Of a stretch of 64,000 bases of DNA, positions 13,965 through 25,450 are shown in pieces; the stretch's first letter is position 1; each line of letters begins with the position of its first letter. The notes beneath the pieces were generated by a model, which saw only the letters and a program-made list of their open reading frames with translations, did no database searches and was not told the DNA's origin. A program made the translations under genes and the position numbers. The stretch spans positions 9,538,201-9,602,200 of the forward strand of contig NC_092670.1 of the NCBI RefSeq assembly GCF_964355755.1, written 5' to 3'. The DNA is from Antedon mediterranea. Its lineage: Eukaryota > Animalia > Echinodermata.

Positions 13965-14320
13965 AAATATGTATGTTTAATAATTTTTATACCTAAATGG
14001 GGCACATCATATTTAAAACAACTAGATGGTTGAATTTAGTTCTATCTACAGTACAGTATCAGACACTTTATATTAACAATACTACATTAAATATGTCATG
14101 TAATTTTTATATCCAAATGGGCCTTTCGTATTCAAAACAACTAGATGGTTGAATTTAGTTGTTTTCGACCACTTCTTTTTAACTATACCTATAATTTATT
14201 ATACAACAGTAAATATGTCTGTAATTGTTATGCCTTAATAGGCCCTTTAAACTCAAAACAACTAGATGGTTGAATTTACTTAGTCTACAGTAGAGTACTG
14301 TATCTGTTTTAGACCACTTC
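13965..14320 (+). repeat. Degenerate about 120-bp triplication with an invariant 24-bp core
   Basis: AAAACAACTAGATGGTTGAATTTA at about 14015, 14134 and 14255. Confidence 0.9.
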
Positions 14321-14639
14321 AAAGTTTTGTTATCTTTAATAAACCGAATAAACCAAATCAAAGTACTTTTGGTTATTCCACCTTCATTAAATTCAGTGTT
14401 ATATGGGCGGGAAAGTATGTTATTACCTAATAAAAATGATTAATTCAAATAAAGTTAGATCAACTCAACATAAATACAGTACCTCTTTTATCTATTGTAG
14501 TCTATAAAGCATGTTGCAGTGTTTTTTAAATACAATATTAATCATTACTTTAATTTAGCTGGTCAGAAGTTTTGCTCTACTCTGACATAGTTTATACTTT
14601 ATACTACATAATTACATTGAGAACACAAATTTAAGCAAT

Positions 14640-14714
14640 TCTCAGGTGGGACTCGGACCCACGACCTACAGATCACTAGCCTGGTGTTCAAACCTGTAGA
14701 CCACCGAGGTTGCT
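14640..14714 (-). mobile_element. tRNA-derived SINE head or tRNA pseudogene (Thr-AGT-like loop)
   Basis: A box-like GGTGGTCTACAGG and B box-like GGTCCGAGTCC; no acceptor-stem pairing. Confidence 0.55.
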
Positions 14715-14796
14715 AAACTCTGACGTACAATGAACACAATTACAAAACATTGTTAAGGAAGCAATAAGTTTACAAATTTCAACTTGCATTGTTATT

Positions 14797-15085
14797 TGAC
14801 GTCATCAATACCTAACTGTTTGTTTGTGTAGGTTGTTTACTAAATATCATACTTTTATTCAAATCTTATAAAGGAAACAAAAACATTTTACAACAAATAG
14901 CATTCAATTTCGTTCATTGACTTCACTGTTTGATTGATTGTCTGAATTGCCCAAATCCTTCTTGACCAGAAGTGTATCTGAAATTTCTAAAACTAATTCT
15001 AAGAATATTTAATGGGTAAAAATTCTTCCTATTATGACTGTAGTTTATATCCTTGTTGACTATTTTAAAGTATCTCAGAAGTAGG
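14797..15085 (+). promoter_or_regulatory. Candidate P450 promoter and non-coding first exon
   Basis: TGACGTCA at 14797, TGTTTAC near 14834, TATAAA at 14867, donor-like GAA|gtaggt at 15081; the acceptor at 16057 needs an upstream exon. Confidence 0.35.
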
Positions 15086-16102
15086 TCTGCGTGAGGCTAA
15101 AACCACCCAGGTCAACGACACAAAATGCAATGACCACCTATACAATCATACTTACTATTTTTAATAATTCTTGTTATATTATAGAAACATTAAATCATGC
15201 TATATAAATATGTTATCATTAATACGCAATTATATTTTTATTACTAAGGTAATGTACAGTAACAACTTACTATATTTAAAATACTCTTCAAAAGTTATTA
15301 CCAAGTTTTTTAAAACGTTTTTTAGTGACGCTTATGAAAAAAAAGACAATGTTTTAAATTATTATTATAAAAAAAAATGTGTTTTTTAATGATTGTAAAA
15401 TAAAACTAAATAACTTTATTGTTTTAAATATTTTGAAAATTATCATTAAGGCCTATCAAACAAATTTATTGTGAAAAATAAAGATAACACTAACAGCAAG
15501 AATGAATTACAATTTATATTTATTATTAATGTTGAATTTCATTTTAATTATTAATTAATTGTATTAGTTTATATTAAATATTATAATAATTGTGTTACTA
15601 TAATTTAGTCTAAATTTGAATGACCACAGTACAGTAGTTTTATATAGCAAAAAACTTTTTAAAGTTTTTAAGCAATAGAGGGCAGCAGACATGTTTTATT
15701 ATGTTTACATCACTATTATACCTTGGAGGAAAAAATCCTATCCTATACTGGTACTGGTTCAAATAACCGTCTCACAGAGACATCTGGTAGCCATTTATTT
15801 ATACCTTGTATAAAAAGTAATATTATTATAATATGAACAAGCATACAACTATAATAATATTTATTTGTTTTGCAAATACTTTATTATTATTTTATTGGTC
15901 TATTCTATTTAATTAAACTTGACTACAGTATACGTAATTCAATAACTAAATTTTTTTTGAAATGCACCTTCTTCCAAAATACCACTTGATGCATGTAAAG
16001 AGCTTCGGAAAGATGCTATAAATACTAATGATTTTTAATGTATTTAAATTCTTTCAGATTAAATTTGAATACTGAAGATTGTTACTCCTGTCAACCAGCT
16101 GC

Positions 16103-16994
16103 ATGATGATTCTTGCAGCGTCAGTGTGTGGGTCTGCTCTGTGCGCAATGTACTATTTAAAAGAACAGTATGATTACAACATCCGGAGGTTACCGCCAGG
16201 ACCGTCGTCTTTCCCCATTATTGGTAACGCATTAAGTATTAGTATGAAGAATCCGCATTTAAGTATGATTGAACTCGCAAAACGATATGGAGACATTTTC
16301 AGTTTTAAATTGGGATCGAAACGGGTAGTTGTTCTGAACAGTGCAGATGTGATTAAAGAGGCATACAGTGGTATTGAGATCTGTAATAGGCCGCAGATTT
16401 ACTCGTTAGAATTTCTTGTAAATGGCAAGGGGTTCATGACGTGCACGGATCACAGACAATGGAAACTGCACATGATGCTATGCAAGAACGCCATGAGGGT
16501 TATTAACAACACAAGCCTCGGAAACAAAATCACAATGGAAACGACGTCATTGGTAAAACAATTTGCAAGTCGCAATTCAAAACCGTTCAACCCTAAAGAG
16601 GACTTGCATTTAGCATCCTTGAACATTCTATGCAATCTCGTGTTTGGAGAGCGGTATGAGCGTGGCGACCCAGAACTGACCGAAATCTTGGACTACTCTG
16701 CAGAAATTATGAAAGTTATCTCGCCGATACATCCGGTAAACACGTTGCCATGGTTGCGACATTTCCCCAACAAATGGTTTGATGCGCTTTTTAAAGCAAA
16801 AGATAAACGCGATAAGATTCTCATGAAGAAATACATTCAGCATTTCGCAACATTTGACGAGGAGAACATACGTGATATGTTAGATGCGCTTTTAAGCGCG
16901 ACCAAGGAAGCAACTCGGAACAAGGACAATGAATCTCTTAGCCTCCTGACACCAGAACACGTCATTATTAACATGTGGCTTATATTCTTTGCAG
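16103..16994 (+). CDS. P450 first coding exon (anchor to I-helix FFAG)
   Basis: ORF 16079..17053 in the track; donor GCAG|gtaaca at 16995; upstream acceptor ctttcag| at 16057 with branch-like tactaat at 16023. Confidence 0.95.
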
Positions 16995-19722
16995 GTAACA
17001 TCATTAAAATTATGTTTCTATTTGAATCTAATTTTTATTTAAGAATGAGATGAACTTTACTTTACTACGCTAATAATTAGCGTACATTGCTTATGTGTAA
17101 AAAAAACTTTAAACTTTAAAATAGCGTGTGTTGATCAATGGTTACTGTACAAAGGACACAATGACAAACAGACTTGTACTTAGATTGACAAAACAGACTT
17201 AGATTGTACTGGGTCACCCCCTATAAACAAGAAATACATTTTTCTAAGTTACCTACTGAAAATTTAATATCAATATACTGTATAACTATAACTAAATACC
17301 AAATGCGGCCTTAAAAATGCAAAACTAATGAGTACATGATTATATTCTATAGGAACAGACACAACTGCTAACACTCTGCTATGGGCATTGCTGTACATGG
17401 CAGCGTTTCCAAAGAAACAGGCTCTCATACACGATGAACTGGATAGGGTTGTTGGACCAAATGGACAACTGAACTTAGAACATAGGCCAGATATGCCATA
17501 CCTAGGTAAGAATATCTAAAAGTATTGAATTCAATCAATATTGACTTAAATCGACATCATTTTAAAAATTAATTAATTAGATGATAGACAATGATAATCT
17601 AAATGCCAATTTTTGGTGACAATGACAACCTGAATAACAATGTTTGGTGACATTACCAGATTAAAAAATAGTTCCCATAAAAGGCAGCATAACATCAATT
17701 GAAACTTTTTTACTTCATTCTTCAAGCATGATCTCTCTAAGGCATGACGTACAATATAAGAATCTTTGCATGATATAGTAATTAGTATTAGTACTGTAAT
17801 TATTTGCATGTACAATGGTTTATCAATGAAATATTGGGAATTCTTTAACATTTTTATACATGTGTAGTATACTGTATATTTGATTGTATGCTTAAAGACT
17901 TGGAAGTAATTAATGGAATGTATAACAGTAATCTAAACTGTGTTGTAGAGGGCCGGCATAGTCAATAATGACACTATCACAACACTAATGCCTATGTAGG
18001 CATGTGCAATCAATTCTGAATTACCTAATCAAAATATTTCTAATGAAAATAATACAATGTATGTTTTTGTCTATACTATACTAAGCATAGTTTGCATGAT
18101 GGCATGTCTTGTAAAATCTGACATTCTTTCTATCTGATCATTTATCTCCTTCAAAAACTTTGCAGAAGCAACCGTCTATGAGATTCTTCGCTACAGTTCT
18201 CTTACTATATTGGGAGTTCCACACGCCGCAGCAAGAGACACTAACGTTCGAGGATTTCACATACCGAAAGGTGGGGAATTATCATTACACCACTAACAAC
18301 CATTGTTTACTAATTTTGTTATCCTACAGAGGCAGCGATACTGGAATGTTTCAGATCAACTATTGAGTTTGGTCTGCCGCACGCAGCATCGATGAACACA
18401 GAATTAAGAGGTTTTAACATACCCAAAGGTAGCAAAGGGCAAGCAGATCTCTTCCAACAAATTTGTCTATAGATCTATATATTTGTCATTCTCTGTAAAT
18501 GTCTGTATAACCTACAGTAGATAGATTGCTTTACAATATGTTAATAAATTCTTGTCCCGAATTTGCATATTTAAATTTGCATATTGTAATTTGCATATCC
18601 TAATTTCATGTTTATTTGTTGTATTTTTTAAAATTATATGGGTTTCTAAATTTAGCATTAATTGTAAAATTCTTATTCTTAGAATATACTGTTATTAGAG
18701 CATGAAGTATGTTATCTTTTTATGTCGTCAATGACGTTCAGTTAAAAAGTCATCTCCTAGATTTCTTTTGTATAAAACCAGTTTCTGTTTGTTACTGAAA
18801 TAAACATTTTACAGTCAATATTTAACTTATTTAACAATTTCTCCAACAGTAGAATACTAGATTAGAAATATTATGCATGAATGTTATTATAAGTCTGCAG
18901 TAGGTCTATTGTTCTATTATACAGTAATATTCTTGGTGTTAATATGTCATTTGAACTCTTAGTATGTCCTTAGTATGTAAATTCTAACTAATGCAGGCCT
19001 GCTAATGTACTGAACTAAATATTGTGTATGATTTTTAAATCCTAAATTCATACTTTAAAATTAAAAACAAAATTTACCAATTATTAGTAAAAATTATTAT
19101 AAAAATAGCCCCATAAAAAATTAAAATTACATTCTAATAGTTACAGTATAAAACAAAACCTGATTTAATATATAACTTTTTACATTTAATTTGATGTTTA
19201 ACATTCAATTATATAATATAAAAAATATCATCTACTGTAAAATATACTAAAGTTTATCTTACTGTATGGCAATATTACATTTTTTCAAATTACTTATTTA
19301 TATTTGAATATGTATTATGAATTCCAGGACCACACGCTAAATGCTAAATTGCTAATTTAATAATATATTGTCTTATTTTAGGAACACAAGTCCTGGCAAA
19401 CATTTGGGCTGTTCACCACGACGAGGAAGCTTGGGACAGGCCTCATGAATTCCTACCAGAACGATTCTTAAACAGCGAAGGAAAGATGAAAAAGCCGTCG
19501 GAATTCCCTCACTTTATGCCGTTTTCAACCGGTAGACGTATTTGTATTGGAAAGAACATCGCAAAGTGCGAGTTATTCTTGTTGATTGGAAACTTACTGC
19601 AAGAGTACACGTTCAGAATGCCAGACAATGTGGAGCCGGATTTGGAAGGAGAAGTAACATTTTCGTTAGTGCCAAAACCATATGAAATAGTGGCTGAACC
19701 GCGTATAAAACCAGAGCCATAA
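16103..19722 (+). CDS. Cytochrome P450, clan 2 (CYP1/CYP2/CYP17-like); join(16103..16994,17353..17505,[18166..18270 OR 18330..18428],19382..19722), 496 or 494 aa
   Basis: Hydrophobic N-terminal anchor, Pro hinge LPPGP, I-helix FFAGTDTT across intron 1, K-helix ExxR, PERF, heme motif FSTGRRICIG. All introns GT-AG and phase 1. In-frame TGA at 16073 makes ATG 16103 the start. Confidence 0.95.
17353..17505 (+). CDS. P450 coding exon 2 (GTDTTANTLLWALLYMAAFP...DMPYL)
   Basis: ttctatag| acceptor and |gtaag donor; I/J helix sequence continues the frame. Confidence 0.95.
18166..18270 (+). CDS. P450 coding exon 3a (EATVYEILRYSSLTILGVPHAAARDTNVRGFHIPKG)
   Basis: ctttgcag| acceptor, |gtgggg donor, 105 nt, phase 1-1, ExxR motif. 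Confidence 0.92.
18330..18428 (+). CDS. P450 coding exon 3b, paralogous alternative exon (EAAILECFRSTIEFGLPHAASMNTELRGFNIPKG)
   Basis: atcctacag| acceptor, |gtagca donor, 99 nt, phase 1-1, open frame, ExxR, PH and GFxIPKG motifs. Confidence 0.8.
19382..19722 (+). CDS. P450 last coding exon (GTQVLANIWAVHHD...PERF...FSTGRRICIG...stop)
   Basis: cttattttag| acceptor; heme-binding Cys motif; TAA at 19720; AATAAA at 19893. Confidence 0.95.
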
Positions 19723-19999
19723 ACAAGTTCGGTTAAATAAGTATTAACACAAAAACATGATACAGTAACCTCCCATGTAAAGAAATAACCTTGTTTACAT
19801 ATTAATAGTTTAATTTAAACAACAATATATATCAACATGTTCTAAAAGTAAATTTAATACTTTTTAGAATTTTCAATTATATTAAAAGTTGTAATAAACA
19901 AATTATTATATTATATAAATACTCAATTAAATAATCAAGTTTGTTTTTCTCTAAAAATGTATAGTATAGTAAATGAAATAATTTCAACAAAATGGCAGT

Positions 20000-20054
20000 A
20001 GCGCCCCCTACTGTACCTTGATTCAAACACCTTGTTTAGTTAGGTCAAAGGTCA
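20000..20054. promoter_or_regulatory. CTCF-like motif (- strand) plus a perfect DR1 nuclear-receptor element
   Basis: ACAGTAGGGGGCGCT on - at about 20000-20014; AGGTCAAAGGTCA at 20042-20054. Confidence 0.5.
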
Positions 20055-20814
20055 TCAATATAGCGAATAATTGCCACATCAAATGTCAGAGTGATTATAT
20101 CTTGTTTTAAATTCACAATTTTTGTTTATAAACTAATTATTTGAATATCATACTTTTTATGCTGATATAATTTTACACCCAAAACATAATATTATCTATA
20201 TTATAAAAAAGTGTTCAATCATAGAAACATAGTGTATAGTATACCAACATACCTTGGGGTTGGACTTATTTCCCCTTGTTTGTTTCACCTTAATAGATGT
20301 AATGTGTCACCACCTAAATAGGGGTGTCGTTTTCAGTATTCACGTTATAAAAGTGGCAAAAAATAACATTTAACCTTTGATTACATTTTGCTTATTTCAT
20401 AAAAATATTTAAGAATGATTTATGATCATCAGGTAACTATTTAGTACATTAATCATTATATTATAATATTAATATATTAACTTAATCAAAATCAAGAATA
20501 CTGTAAATTTTGCATTAAACATTAACAATTATGAATAGCAAACATTCAATATAGACTTTGATAAAAGCATGCAGACAGTCAAACGTTTACACTACACATA
20601 CAGTAGATAGTACGGTAGAAAATAATGAGCAACCTGACATGAAAGTACAATTGGAATCCATTAATCGATCCAGTACAAGTTGGCTGGACAATTTAGGCAG
20701 TCCCACAACAACCCATAACAGGCCTATACTATAAAACCTGCCATCAAATTCCTTTTACAGAAAGATACGAAGAAGATACTAATTAATTTTACAAACATTC
20801 AAAACTGGTAACTG

Positions 20815-20898
20815 GTAAAATTTGAATTCGGGACATTCAATTTGAATTCGGGCCAGTAAATTTGAATTCGGGCAAGTAAATTTGAATTCAGGCTAGTA
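20815..20898. repeat. 20-bp tandem repeat x4 (AAATTTGAATTCGGGCNAGT)
   Basis: Directly visible. Confidence 0.9.
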
Positions 20899-21299
20899 CA
20901 AAACTAATCTACTGGTCATTCAAATATAACCTTAAGTACAACCCCTAAGAATCAGTGTATTTTCATGTCATGTTGAGAACATTTTCTATCATACCAAACA
21001 CTCCTGTAAATTAAACACATCAAAATTAAGATATTCACTGGTTTAGTAACACATGCGACACTGCAGTTATTTGGCCTAGATTCAAACTTTCATTAAATGT
21101 TCAAAGAATTAAATTGTTATAATGTTAAACATCATGCATTGAAAAATATTTAATTAAACATTATGTAACGTAACAAAATGCATGAGCTTGTAAATGTTGA
21201 GAACACAGTTTTATGTAAAACTGCCAATAAAATAGTTTATACCTTAAGCATTGTTTTTGAGATATTAATAAGTAATGTCTAAAGCTCTGATATTAACAT

Positions 21300-21590
21300 A
21301 ATGGGAATGGATGAAGGGTGGAAGGGGATATAATGGGTGGGAAGAGTCTGAGATAGAAGGGATAGAGGGTGGGAGGGAGAGGGAGTGGCAGGGGATAGAG
21401 GGTGGGAGTATATAGAGGGTGGGAAGAGATACAAACAAGAAATAGAGGATGGCAGGGGATAGAGGGTGGGAGTATATAGAGGGTGGGAAGAGATACAAAC
21501 AAGGGATAGAGCATGGCAGGGGATAGTGGGAAGAGAAAAATTGGGTAGGAGGAGATAGAATAAGATGTAGGAGCAGGGAGAAGGAGGCCA
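21300..21590. repeat. Polypurine, G-rich degenerate tandem repeat (GGGATAGAGGGTGGGA)
   Basis: Directly visible; explains spurious ORFs 21265 and 21293. Confidence 0.9.
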
Positions 21591-23248
21591 TACTTATACT
21601 ATAGTATTCACAGTACAGTATGTACTTAAAAACAGGACTCTAAGAACAGGTGGGAGGTTATCCAAGATAAGGTTAATAATGATTGTCCCTTTTAAACTTT
21701 GAGACAATATTTATTATCTTCATTGTGAATGATTAATGCCAGATAAAAATAAATTATATATATATTTGATTTTATTACTGAAAACTTCAAAACATTCCAA
21801 TTTCTGTTTATAAGTAGAATAAGGCAGTATTTTAAAACTATTTAGTAATTAATAAATCTGTAAAATAAGAATAAGATACCTATATAATGGTTTTGGAAAA
21901 TTAATTTTACATTTGTATTCATTTTAAAATAGGTCATTGCTACCAATAAAATAATGAAACATAATTTGATATCAAGTGTTTGTTTATGATGGGTTTTAAA
22001 TTACTGTTTAAATAACAGTGGTTTATTCTTGTACAAAATTTGAAAGGTGTAATTATTTCTATAAAAAAAATAATAATACTACACAGAGAAAAACATATAT
22101 TATTAAATTTTGTATTATCTATTGTGTAAAAAGAATGTTTATTCAGATTAATTATAAATCAATTTTGTGAAAGTATTAATTAGTATTATTATTGCATTGT
22201 AAATACAATTTATTATAATAATTATTTCCCATTTTTATCTTAAAATATAATATAATCATGTATAGTTTTTAAAATTCTGGGCATATAATGTACAGTAAGG
22301 CAACAGTTTTAAAAAGAAATCAATATTAATAAGAATTTTTTTTTTATCAAGTCTTGATAAAGAAAGTTGTCTGAGAGCCAGATAAACTTAAGATCTTCTG
22401 GTCATTTTAGTAGGCCTATCAATGGTAATGTAATAATATAAATTTCATTATTATCTATCTACAGTATGTCTTTGTATAAATTCTATATTCTGTACTGTAT
22501 ATATACAAACCATTCATTTTGAATATACTGTACATTATAAATTGCCCAATTTAAAAAAAGATAAAAAACTTTCCTGATAGTAAACAACAATATAAAACAA
22601 AAAATATCACCTTTATCAAACCAAAAGAATTTGAAAAAAAAGAATTTTTTGGAGAATTTATTTTTTTTATTTTATTGAAGTGTATTTATACATAATAAAA
22701 GAAAAAGATAGAATGAAAACTTATGTATTATTATTTTATTAATTGTTGATAGGATACCAAGTGTGTGAGACATATTTGTTTATGTCAAGATAGTCAGGAA
22801 AGTGGGATAAAACTAACTGTAAATAATGCAATTTATTTTTGGCGGCCATGTTGAAAAAGTGAACACTTTGGCACAGACCATTAAGTAATAGGGGTGTTTC
22901 AGAAGGTGAAAAGCAAGGCTTGCTGGGATAATTAAACAATGCAAGTTATTACTGTACCTCTAATAAAAGACCACTTACAAGTAAAGACAATAGCAAAGTG
23001 GATTTTAAATGTTTTTACACCCGGAAATAAACATTTCAGAACAATAGAGAGTATAATATTTGGTATTAAACAAATTACCAATATTCATTGTAAGTAGTAA
23101 AAAAATTGATTAATGCAAGCCAGACATGCATGTTAAACTTAACTATTCTAATAGGGAAATATTGTACCTACTGTATTTGGTATACTGTAAAACAAACTGT
23201 ACGAGGTATAATAAAGGGAAAATAATTTTTAAAAATTAAAACAATTAC

Positions 23249-23281
23249 CTTTGGTCTCATTGTCTCACCAGTTGTCTTGAT
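23249..23281 (-). CDS. Candidate 33-nt exon (IKTTGETMRPK)
   Basis: ctttgcttctttaag| acceptor, AAG|gtaatt donor, phase 0-0. Confidence 0.3.
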
Positions 23282-23620
23282 CTTAAAGAAGCAAAGATTT
23301 TGAAAAAAAAAGTGTTTACTCGTGTGAGCTTCAGTAGGACATCTTTCGGCAGTCAACAAACTGTTTGAGTGTGCCAAAGAAGAGTTTATACTGCAGCGGT
23401 ATTGGCACAGAATCTCAAAGTAGCTGCAGCAATATGTGATTACTTACAGTACGTTATTTTCCCCCCAAGTATTATCAATAGTATTTTTTTTCAACACTGT
23501 CCTGATAAACAGATAGCAATCCATTCATAAGACAAACATACAAACAAGATACTGTACTGTACATAAACACAATTTTATAAAACCTTTTTTAGTGTGGAGT
23601 TCAGTCATCAAATCCTGACA

Positions 23621-23684
23621 CCTGACAGGATTTGAACCAATCAACCCAGGATCGGTAGGCGGAACACCCTAACCACAAAGATAC
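23621..23684 (-). mobile_element. Degenerate tRNA-derived head
   Basis: GGTTCAAATCC B box and TGTGGTTAGG A box remnant on the - strand. Confidence 0.4.
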
Positions 23685-25387
23685 AACTCTTAATCAATTA
23701 CAGTAGGCCTAGTATGTTTACACAATGAATGCAATTAGTTGAAATTAAATACAGTATTACAATGGGACAAGAATAAAAAGGTCTGTATTGTTGACGGAAC
23801 GAGATAGAAACATTGGATTTCTAGTTGAATAGAAAAAAAGGTGAAGTTTGTTCAACCTGACAAATGACAGAATTGTGACACTGAGAGAAAGTCGACCCCT
23901 TTGTAACTTTTAAAGTGACAAAGGCAGTCTTAAATGACATTAAATATCTGGCGTTATTTCTTAATAAATAACCTCAAACAATCAAACACCATGCTATGTT
24001 TTAATTAATTACAACAAACAAACATACAGGAGGTACAGTAATGTAAATCAAGAAAAACTTCCCCCAGTATAGAGTATCACGGTGTTGACGTCACGAGTAT
24101 AGAATTGATTTTGCATTTTTTGTTGTATATGACTACAGTAGAAAAACATACTGTATTGTACTGTATACTACAGTATGTCCTAATACTATAGCAAACTTTA
24201 CAGAATGTTACATAAATGGCTTTGGAGAGGAGGAAGTATAATGCAATATGATAAGACATTTAAAATTAAGTTTTAGTATTCAATTACAATGTTTAGGCCC
24301 TTGGCTCCCCCTATTACAAAATCCTTGATCGGCCACTGTGTTAAAGGCAATGTTTATACATCATGCTTTATTTACAAATATTGTTACAAATATGCCATTC
24401 ATAGAGCAAAATAATAATAAAGATAAATGGGTTAAGTATACAAAATTAATACTGAAATACAGTACAAAGAAATTCTTATTATTTTAAACATAAGATGCTA
24501 TTATTATGGTTAAAGCACATCATTAATGTTACTAGTAGAATCACAATACAATTTCAAAAGCATACTTTGTACAAAACTTGTTGCATATTCTTGATATGGT
24601 TTAATGTTTTATTATCCATGTTTTTCAAAAATTATATTAAGAAATAATAGATAAAAAATATTTTACAAAAAGTACACAACATGCTGGTATTTTATTAACA
24701 AATTTATTATAAAAAACAAATCATAAAGGATCATAAATCACATCACAAATTTTTCACTGCTTATTAAACATACCGTACAAGAACTATATAGAGGGCTCAC
24801 TTGCAAATAAAATGCATTGGTTTTATTCAGAACTGGACATGTATTTGCAAGTAAAGGTACAAAAGTGGTATAGAATAATTGTAGAGTATATATTAAAACA
24901 AGGGTCTTGATCTACAGGGACTGGGAAGGTTGAGTAAAAATATTTTCCAGAAACCCATTGATGATAGGAATCTGATTTTCTGACAGTTTTATCAGGTAAA
25001 TTATTATTTTCTGATCAAATTTTGGTCAAAAGTGAATAACTACCGTATACAATATTAAAATGGCATATTCACCAAAAAGTTTTTTTTTTCTTTTTTTATC
25101 TGGGGGAACAATAAGCTAGACAAAAGTTTGTAAAGGGAATTATTTTTAATTGATATCAAAATAATTAAACGGTAAACACTTCATAAAATAAATTATTTTA
25201 TCTTATAATACAGTATTAGTAATTTTTTAGGGTCAATTTGATAATGTACATTTAATAAACAGAAAGGATCAGAATAATAGTAGTACTAAATGCTGTTGTC
25301 TTTTACGTTTGGCATACAGACAAGCATTTTGTACATGCACATGCTCATAGACAACAACTGGCAGCGTCACATCAATCAATATAGTAC

Positions 25388-25450
25388 CTGCTTGCTAGTG
25401 GAAGTTGATGTAGAACTAGAATTTGTTGATGTGCTTGCTTTTGTTGACTC
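25388..25450 (-). CDS. Candidate Ser/Thr-rich exon 2 (ESTKASTSTNSSSTSTSTSKQ)
   Basis: ttcttctcaag| acceptor, CAG|gtacta donor, 63 nt, phase 0-0. Confidence 0.4.

Noticed and set aside
13965-14320. 24-bp repeats with about 95-bp spacers resembling a CRISPR array
   Set aside because: The spacers are homologous to each other, there are only three units, no cas genes, and the context is eukaryotic
14640-14714. Functional tRNA genes here and at 49000, 23621 and 6862
   Set aside because: Acceptor stems do not pair and B boxes are mutated; treated as SINE heads or pseudogenes
16450-16843. Antisense ORFs within the first P450 coding exon (also 37942 and 59800 within RhoGAP exons)
   Set aside because: Shadows of real coding sequence on the opposite strand
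19328-19381. Alternative upstream acceptor (attccag) for the last P450 exon
   Set aside because: It introduces an in-frame TAA within a few codons
21265-21591. Pro/Leu-rich ORFs on the - strand
   Set aside because: Translation of a polypyrimidine repeat
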